DNA of 64,000 bases from Spirochaetia bacterium (lineage in GTDB: Bacteria; Spirochaetota; Spirochaetia; SZUA-6; Bin103), in the NCBI GenBank assembly GCA_965199955.1, contig CBDATQ010000001.1, positions 736,001 to 800,000 on the forward strand, in the 5' to 3' direction. Below are positions 57,357-64,000 of the stretch, one piece after another. Below the pieces are notes generated by a model, which was not told the origin of the DNA, made no database searches, and saw nothing but the letters and a program-made list of their open reading frames with translations. The translations under genes and the position numbers were made by a program. The first letter of the stretch is position 1. Each line of letters begins with the position of its first letter.

Positions 57357-58366
57357 TTACGTCCGGCGCTTCCGCATGCGGGCGTGGGTGCGGGCGCGCA
57401 TCCGGGCGTGCGCTTCCTCGGTGCCGTCGTGGAAGCTGCCGAACATGCGGTCGAACATCATCCCGTTGTCGCCCGCGTAGTTGCACTCGAAGTAGCGGTG
57501 GTGGAGGTAGTGGTAGTAGCTGCCGTGCTTGAGCGCCATCGACTCATTGCCAAGCTCCGCCTTCTCGTACCCGGTATGGCCGGTCGCGGGCGAGAGGGCG
57601 GCGTGCTGCAGGTGGAGATGGCGTGCAGGGGGTGGGACGGCAGGATCCAGTGCAGGAACACGCCGGTGAAGTAGAGCAGGTGCTCGATCGGGTGCATGGA
57701 CAGCCCGGACCACGGACCGACGTTGATGTTGCGGTGATGAAGGTAGTGGGCGGCCTTGTAGATCGGCTTCCAGTGCAGGAGGCGGTGTACCCAGTAGAAG
57801 TGGATGTCCCGGATCAGCGGTATCAGTACCAGCAGGGCGACGAAGTACACGGGGTTGGTGCGCAGCTCGACGAAGGGCAGGTAGCCGTTGGCGTAGGCCC
57901 ACAGCGTCAGGATCTCGTACGCCGACCAGATGCCGCCGCCTGACACCATGCTCCAGAACACGTTGTCACGGATCTGGTGATTGAAGGTGAACCCGCGGTG
58001 CTTGGTGCTCAGCCAGCGGTTGCTGAACTTGTAGCGCATCCCCTGCGCCCGCTGGACGTACAGCCGCACGTGCCAGAGGCCGAACCAGACGAACATCAGC
58101 GCGGCGTTGCGGGCCAGGATCCATGCCATCCATCCCGGGCGGAACGTGGCCATCGACTCCAGCGGCGGGGTGAGCACGAACCAGACGAGCGCCGTGGTCC
58201 CGAACCAGAACGCGTTCAGCGGCCACAGGTAGCCGGGGAACCCGAACATCCACTTGAGAAACGCCAGCGGCTTGGGCGGCCACTGGAAGGGCGGCGGGAA
58301 CTCGATCCGCTCCGTGGGCTTCCACTCGCCGCGCGCGTCGCGAACACCAAGGTCGGCAGACGCCAT
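57357..58366 (-). pseudogene. Sterol desaturase/fatty-acid hydroxylase family gene with one frameshift
   Basis: HFYWVHRLLH; HYLHH; PWSGLSMHP.EH, then HYLHH.YFECNY in another frame. One base is missing near 57615 (GCCATCTCCACC vs expected GCCATCTTCCACC); could be a sequencing error. Confidence 0.8.
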
Positions 58367-58420
58367 AGCCCTTGAACGGTAGCGCGGCGAGGGGCCGTTC
58401 GCAATCGGTGCCGAGCAGCG

Positions 58421-59932
58421 TCAGGCGCCGGCGATGCGCGGCATCGGCAGGGGCTCCTTGCCCATCTCCGCGAACAGCAGCTTGCGGATCAGCTCGTTCT
58501 TGAGCCCCTGGGCCTCCGGGACGTCCCAGAGGTTGTCGACCTCGCCCGGGTCGGTCGCCAAGTCGAACAGCTCGCCGTAGTCCTGCCGGTAGTAGACGGT
58601 CAGCTTGTAGCGGTCCTCGACGTAGGTCTTGAGGTGCACGGTGGTCGGCTCGTGCCGGTTCTCGACCACCACGTGGTCGCGGCGCGACGGCCGCCGCCCG
58701 TACCACACGCCGGTCTGGTCGATGCCGGTCATCGATGCGGGGACGGCGATGCCGGCCGCCGCCAGGAACGACGGCGCGAAGTCCACCAGCGACTGCAAGG
58801 CGTCCGAACGCCGGCCGGCCGGCACGCCGCCCGGCTGCGCGACGATCAGCGGCACGCGGATCAGGTCCTCGTAGTGGAACGCCCCCTTGCCGGTCATTCC
58901 GTGCTGGCCGAACAGGTGGCCGTGGTCGGAGGTGAACACCACCAGCGTGTCGGAGGCCAGCCCCACCGCCTCCAGCCGGTCCAGGATCCTCCCGATCTGC
59001 GCGTCCATCAGGCTGATCATCCCGTAGTAGCAGGCGATGTCCCTGGCCAGCTCGTCCCGGTCGTGCAGGTGCGAGGTGCAGCCGTGCACGCCCTGGCCGC
59101 TCTCCTTCCACGCCGAAAAGTAGGGATTCGCCGTCTGCTTGAGGCGAAAGTGGGGCGGGTTGGCATCGTGCTCGCCGGGCTGCACCGCCGGCACGGTGAG
59201 CGCGGCGGGATTGTACATCGAGTCCCACGGCTCCGGGACCAGGTACGTGGGGTGCGGGTCGAGGAAGCTTGCCCAGAGAAAGAAGCGCTCACCGCGCTCC
59301 GCGTACCCGTCAAGCAGGTCGCAGCAGCGCTCGGCGATCCAGGTGCCGTAGTGGAACGCCTCCGGAATCTCCCAGGTCCGCCGCTGGCGGTCGTTGGTGC
59401 CGGTCGGCGGGCGGAAGTAGCCGCGCCAGTCGGCCAGCCCCTTGCGCTCCATCCAGAGCGCGTAGTGCTGGCCGACGTACGCCTCGTCGGTGTGGTTGCG
59501 CGCCAGCGCGACGTGCTCGAACCCGTAGAACGGGCCGTGGAATCCTCGCCAGAACTCCAGGTCCTGGAGCGTGGGATACGCTTCCAGCGACGGGTGCTCG
59601 CAGGTCCCGGCCGTCGGCTGGAAGTGCGCCTTGCCCACCAGCGCGGTGCGCACGCCGGCACCCTGGAAGTCCTCGCCGACCGTGTGCTCGGATTCAAGCA
59701 GCTTGGTGCCGAGCGACCAGGCGCCATGCTGGCTGGGATAGCGGCCGGTGATGATCGACGCGCGCGTCGGCGTGCAGGTCGGGTTGGGGCAGTAGGCGCG
59801 GGTGAACAGCGTGCCGCGCGCGGCCAGCCGGTCCAGGTTGGGCGTGCGGAGCTCCCCGTTCAGGCAGCCCAGAGTGTTCCAGTGCTGCTGGTCGGAGGTG
59901 ATCAGGAGGACGTTGCGGGCGGCGAGCGGCAT
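58421..59932 (-). CDS. Sulfatase (Cys-type)
   Basis: NVLLITSDQ; TPNLDRLA; CTPTR; GKAH; DPH; TSDHG; start ATG 59932. Confidence 0.92.
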   Translation of the reverse strand: MPLAARNVLLITSDQQHWNTLGCLNGELRTPNLDRLAARGTLFTRAYCPNPTCTPTRASIITGRYPSQHGAWSLGTKLLESEHTVGEDFQGAGVRTALVGKAHFQPTAGTCEHPSLEAYPTLQDLEFWRGFHGPFYGFEHVALARNHTDEAYVGQHYALWMERKGLADWRGYFRPPTGTNDRQRRTWEIPEAFHYGTWIAERCCDLLDGYAERGERFFLWASFLDPHPTYLVPEPWDSMYNPAALTVPAVQPGEHDANPPHFRLKQTANPYFSAWKESGQGVHGCTSHLHDRDELARDIACYYGMISLMDAQIGRILDRLEAVGLASDTLVVFTSDHGHLFGQHGMTGKGAFHYEDLIRVPLIVAQPGGVPAGRRSDALQSLVDFAPSFLAAAGIAVPASMTGIDQTGVWYGRRPSRRDHVVVENRHEPTTVHLKTYVEDRYKLTVYYRQDYGELFDLATDPGEVDNLWDVPEAQGLKNELIRKLLFAEMGKEPLPMPRIAGA

Positions 59933-60001
59933 ACCCGTATCAGAGCGGAGTCCCCGCCGGCTGTCCATGCATGGCGTGTGCGTGGCAGTGTCGGCCCCAC
60001 C

Positions 60002-62107
60002 GTGGCGCGCCAAGAGCAGAGACCGGTGCGCATCGGCGCCGACGTCGGCGGGACCTTCACCGACGTCGTGCTGACCGATGGGGCCGGCAGGGTCTGGACC
60101 CACAAGCTGCCCTCGACGCCGCCGGACTTCGAGCAGGCGGCCCTGGAGGGCATCCGGCGCACGCTGAGCATGGCCGGCGTGGACGGCGGCGCCGTCGGAC
60201 TCGTCTCTCATGGCACGACGGTGGCGACCAACGCCGTGCTGGAAGGCCGCGGCGCGCGCACGGCGCTGATCACCACGGCCGGGTTCCGCGACGTGCTGGA
60301 GCTGCGCCGCCTGCGCGCCCCGCAGCTCTACGACCTGTTCTTCGAAAAGCCGCCGGCCCTCATCGAGCGCCGCCTGCGGTTCGAGCTGGACGAGCGGGTC
60401 ACCGCCGCCGGCGAGGTCCTGCGCGGCGTTCGCGAGGAGGACCTCGAGCACATCGCCGCGGAGCTGGTCCGGGAACGCGTGGAGTCGGTCGCCGTCTGCC
60501 TGCTGCACGCCTACACCTACCCTGGGCACGAGCGCCAGGTCGGCGCGTTCCTGAGCAGGGAGCTGCCGGAGATGCAGGTCTCGCTCTCCTGCGACATCCT
60601 GCCGGAGCGGCGCGAGTACGAGCGCACGGCGACCACGGCGGTCAACGCCTACGTCCGCCCGACGATGGCCGCTTACCTGCTGGCCATGCGGCGCGGCCTG
60701 GACGAGCTGGGCATCGGCGCGCCGCTGCTCATCATGCAGTCGTCCGGCGGCCTGGCCTCGGAGGCGCACACCGCCCGGCGGCCGGTCTTCATGCTGGAGT
60801 CCGGCCCCGCCGCGGGCGTCCTGGCCGCCAACCTGACCGCCGGGAGGCTCGGGGTGGACAACATCGTCACCCTGGACATGGGCGGCACCACCGCCAAGGC
60901 GTCGATGGTCGAGGCCGGGCGCGTGAACTACTCCGCCGAGTACGAGGTGGGCGCATCGCTCTCCTCGGGCAGCCGCCTGGTCGGAGGGGGCGGCGAGCTG
61001 ATCCGCGCCCCGACCATCGACATCGCCGAGGTCGGCGCCGGCGGCGGCAGCGTGGCGTATGTGGACACGGCCGGCGGCCTGCGCGTCGGCCCGCGCTCGG
61101 CAGGAGCGCGGCCGGGCCCCGCCTGCTACTGCCGCGGCGGCGAAGAGCCCACGCTCACCGACGCCAACGTCGTGCTGGGCTACATCCGCCCCGGTCCCCT
61201 GGCGGACGGCGACGTCGTGGTCGACGGCGAGCTCGCCCGGCGCAGCGTGGCGGACCGCATCGCCGGTCCACTCGGCCTGGACCTGCCGGCCGCCGCGTTC
61301 GGGATCCACCAGATCGCCAATGCGACCACCATGCGCGCGCTGCGTCAGGTGTCCACCGAGCGCGGCCGCGACCCGCGCGAATTCACGCTGGTGGCGTTCG
61401 GCGGCGCCGGTCCCATCCACGCCGCGGGCCTGGCCGGCGAGCTGGCCATCCGCCGCGTGGTCATCCCGCCGCTGCCCGGGCTGTTCAGCGCCATGGGGCT
61501 GCTGTTCTCCGGCATCGAGCACCACGCCGTCCGAAGCTGCATGCTGTCGCGGCAGGACCTGTCGGCGGAGGCGCTGGAAGCCGTTCGCGCCGAGCTGCGC
61601 GCCGACGTGCTGGACACGTTTGCCGAGGAGGGGCACGCCGCGGACGAGGTCGCCGTGCGCTATACCGCGGACGTGCGCTTCCGCGGGCAGACCTCGGAGA
61701 TCAACGTGCCGCTGGCCTCCGGTTCGTGGGGGGCGGCGGAGCTTGCGGCCATGCAGGAAGCCTTCGCGGACGAGCACGAGCGCCTGTACGGCCACCGCTC
61801 CGATCCCGACAATCCGGTCGAGGTGATCGCGGTGCGCGCGGTCGGCCGCGCCGAGGTTGCGGACATGACCGACCGCCTGCGGCCGGGCGCCGCCGCGGCA
61901 GGGGAGTCGCGCGACCGCAGCGCCTGGTTCGGCCCGTCGTGGGGCAGCATCGACACGCCGGTGTGCCGGCGGGGGGATCTGCGGGCCGGCGAGCGCGGCC
62001 CGCTGCTGATCGACGAGTACGACACCACGATCGTCGTGTCGCCGGGCATGCGCGCGCGCACCGACGACCGGCTCAACGTCCACATCGAACCTGAGAGGTC
62101 GTCATGA
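60002..62107 (+). CDS. Hydantoinase/oxoprolinase subunit A (HyuA-like)
   Basis: IGADVGGTFTD; HGTTVATNA; ESGPAAG; DMGGTT; GAGGGS; PGPACY; FGGAG. Confidence 0.92.
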   Translation: MARQEQRPVRIGADVGGTFTDVVLTDGAGRVWTHKLPSTPPDFEQAALEGIRRTLSMAGVDGGAVGLVSHGTTVATNAVLEGRGARTALITTAGFRDVLELRRLRAPQLYDLFFEKPPALIERRLRFELDERVTAAGEVLRGVREEDLEHIAAELVRERVESVAVCLLHAYTYPGHERQVGAFLSRELPEMQVSLSCDILPERREYERTATTAVNAYVRPTMAAYLLAMRRGLDELGIGAPLLIMQSSGGLASEAHTARRPVFMLESGPAAGVLAANLTAGRLGVDNIVTLDMGGTTAKASMVEAGRVNYSAEYEVGASLSSGSRLVGGGGELIRAPTIDIAEVGAGGGSVAYVDTAGGLRVGPRSAGARPGPACYCRGGEEPTLTDANVVLGYIRPGPLADGDVVVDGELARRSVADRIAGPLGLDLPAAAFGIHQIANATTMRALRQVSTERGRDPREFTLVAFGGAGPIHAAGLAGELAIRRVVIPPLPGLFSAMGLLFSGIEHHAVRSCMLSRQDLSAEALEAVRAELRADVLDTFAEEGHAADEVAVRYTADVRFRGQTSEINVPLASGSWGAAELAAMQEAFADEHERLYGHRSDPDNPVEVIAVRAVGRAEVADMTDRLRPGAAAAGESRDRSAWFGPSWGSIDTPVCRRGDLRAGERGPLLIDEYDTTIVVSPGMRARTDDRLNVHIEPERSS

Positions 62108-62871
62108 CGACGCGGCAGCGGGATTTCTTTGCGGCCAAAGGGTTTCTCAATCTGGGACCGGTTCTGGACCGGGATGAGACCGCCTGCTTCGAAGCGATGT
62201 TCGACGACGATCGCCTGCGGCATCCCTACTTCTGGCACGCCTCCGGGCATCATCAGCACGCCAACTACGACGCGCTGGTGACCTCACCGCGGTTCGACGA
62301 ACTGATTCGGCATCCGCGTCTGCTGCCGGCGATAGAGGAATTGATGGGTGGGCCGGTCTGCTTCGGCGAGATCGGGTTGCGTTCCATGGGGCCGTACGAT
62401 GGCGCGCTCCATCGGGACTGGCACCGCGACCGGGCGCACTGGCATGACCATCCGCTCCGCATGGACTACCTGCAACTCGTGGTCTACTTCCGCGACGTGG
62501 ATGCGGGCACTCACTGCCTGTCGCTGTCGCCGGAGTCCGTTGCCGACCCGGTGCTGGACGACCAGGCGGCGCAGCTTGTCCGCGGCGGCGTCCACGATCT
62601 GCATGGTCCGGCGGGCACCTGTGCGCTGTTCAACGTATCGGTGCTGCACACGGCGACCACACGGCCGACGCAGCAGATCCGCAAGACGGCGCAAATCTAT
62701 TACGGCCACCGGCACCGTGCCCCGCTGGCGAACGACTCGGCGATTCCGGCCACGTTCTGGCGCGACTCTCCCGACGCCGAGACACGAGCCTTCTACGGGG
62801 TGTTGAACGACCGTACGCGGCTCTACCTGAAGGCATTCGGACCACCGCCACATGAGGAGGCGCGCCCGTGA
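62104..62871 (+). CDS. PhyH-family dioxygenase
   Basis: FFAAKGFL; WHRD; VYFRDVD; AGTCALFN...LH; overlaps both neighbours. Confidence 0.8.
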   Translation: MTTRQRDFFAAKGFLNLGPVLDRDETACFEAMFDDDRLRHPYFWHASGHHQHANYDALVTSPRFDELIRHPRLLPAIEELMGGPVCFGEIGLRSMGPYDGALHRDWHRDRAHWHDHPLRMDYLQLVVYFRDVDAGTHCLSLSPESVADPVLDDQAAQLVRGGVHDLHGPAGTCALFNVSVLHTATTRPTQQIRKTAQIYYGHRHRAPLANDSAIPATFWRDSPDAETRAFYGVLNDRTRLYLKAFGPPPHEEARP

Positions 62872-64000
62872 TGGACCACGGCGTGGACCCGGTCACGCGC
62901 GAGATCGTCAAGAACGCGCTGGCCGCCGCCGCCGACGAGATGGCGATCGCCCTCTACCGCACCGCCTACTCGACGATCGTGCGCGACTGCCTGGACTACT
63001 CCACCTCGCTCTGTGACGGCGAAGGACAGATGATCGCGCAGGGGGTGACCATCCCCCTGCACCTGGGCTCGGTGCCGTTCGCGATGGAGACGCTGTTCGC
63101 CAGGTACGGCGACGACATGGAGCCCGGCGACGTCTTCATCCTCAACGACCCCTTCGAGGGCGGGATGCACATCCCGGACATTTTCATCGTCAAGCCCATC
63201 TACTGGGAGGGAGCGCGCATCGCCTTTTCCGTGTCCACCGCCCACCACCTCGACCTCGGCGGGCGGCTGCCCGGCAGCTCGGCGTGCGACAACACCGAGA
63301 CCTTCCAGGACGGCCTGCGCATCCCGTGGCTGAAGCTGCATCGCCGCGGCGAGCCGGATCAGGCGCTGCTGGCGATGATACGGGTCAACGTGCGCGTCCC
63401 GGAGATGACGCTCGGCGACCTGCGCGCGCAGGTGGCAGCCTGCCACACCGGCGAGCGCGCCGTACACGAGCTGGTGCGGCGCTACGGCCCCGACACCTTC
63501 CGCGCCTGCACGGCCGACCTGATCGACTACACCGAGCGGCTGGTGCGCGCCGAGATCGCGCGCTGGCCGGATGGCACGCACACCTTCACCGACTACATGA
63601 ACTCCGACGGGGTGGGCGGCCCGCCGGTGAAGCTGCACGTGGCGCTGACGGTCGCCGGCGACAGCCTGACCGCGGACTTCACCGGCAGCGCGGCGCAGGT
63701 GCCGGGAGCGATCAACAACACCTACTCCTTCACCTTCTCGGTGGCCTGTTTGTGCGTGCGCGCCGCATTGCGCCTGGACCTGCCCAACACTGCCGGCATG
63801 TTCCGGCCGATCTCGGTCATCGCCCCGGCGGGGACGGTGCTGAACGTGGTGATGCCGGGCGCGTCGTCGATGCGCGGCATCACCGGCTTCCGGCTGGCCG
63901 ACCTGATGTTCGGGGTGCTGGCGCAGTTCGTCCCGCACCGCATCCAGGCGGCCGGCGAGGGCGGCAACTCGCTGGTCGTGCTCGGCGGCCTGCGCCCCGA
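62868..64000 (+). CDS. Hydantoinase/oxoprolinase subunit B (HyuB-like), runs off the window (absent from the ORF track)
   Basis: DPVTREIVKNAL...DEM...RTAYSTIVRDCLDYS; HLGS; PGDVFILNDPFEGGMHIPD; HHLDLGG; DFTGS. Confidence 0.92.
   Translation, partial: MMDHGVDPVTREIVKNALAAAADEMAIALYRTAYSTIVRDCLDYSTSLCDGEGQMIAQGVTIPLHLGSVPFAMETLFARYGDDMEPGDVFILNDPFEGGMHIPDIFIVKPIYWEGARIAFSVSTAHHLDLGGRLPGSSACDNTETFQDGLRIPWLKLHRRGEPDQALLAMIRVNVRVPEMTLGDLRAQVAACHTGERAVHELVRRYGPDTFRACTADLIDYTERLVRAEIARWPDGTHTFTDYMNSDGVGGPPVKLHVALTVAGDSLTADFTGSAAQVPGAINNTYSFTFSVACLCVRAALRLDLPNTAGMFRPISVIAPAGTVLNVVMPGASSMRGITGFRLADLMFGVLAQFVPHRIQAAGEGGNSLVVLGGLRP

Noticed and set aside
57600..57625. Programmed frameshift in the sterol-desaturase-like gene
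   Set aside because: No slippery heptamer; a single-base loss (mutation or read error) explains it.
58421..62107. 1220-aa and 1157-aa ORFs suggesting giant overlapping fusion proteins
   Set aside because: Each is a real gene (sulfatase; hydantoinase A) extended through the antisense of the other; real starts are near 59932 and 60002.
1..64000. CRISPR array, rRNA/tRNA, integron attC array, retron/DGR, prophage
   Set aside because: No regular repeat-spacer array, cloverleaf, integrase, reverse transcriptase or phage structural gene seen by eye; small structured RNAs cannot be excluded without a covariance search.

Overview
GC-rich (roughly 70% by eye) bacterial window. It is an accessory catabolic region: a CUT1 sugar ABC transporter with three permeases, two beta-helix enzymes, two enolase-superfamily enzymes, two sulfatases, five PhyH-type Fe/2OG dioxygenases, two di-iron membrane oxygenases, a hydantoinase/oxoprolinase A+B pair, a SelA-like PLP enzyme and an M1-type metallopeptidase. 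These are interleaved with small conflict/TA-type cassettes (two Schlafen/AlbA_2-HATPase genes, one coupled to an orphan ParA; HEPN-MNT; HicAB-like; Rpn; micro-ORF + SDH/ClpP-class protease; YafQ, Fic-C and AAA-DUF4143 remnants) and with insertion sequences (IS630 x2, decayed IS66, ISNCY-like stub, intact IS1634). Many genes are pseudogenes or deletion mosaics, and there is an old ~2.1-kb tandem duplication. The gene mix resembles sponge-associated or other host-associated high-GC Spirochaetaceae-like bacteria, but this is only an inference. No rRNA, tRNA or CRISPR array was seen. Best leads for new biology: the Schlafen-HATPase/ParA pair, the micro-ORF/SDH-protease pair, an HxG-motif (halogenase-like) dioxygenase, a G-domain-less YchF + DUF952 pair, and an Rpn gene with an internal RpnS start. 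All family assignments come from motif recognition by eye, not database searches.
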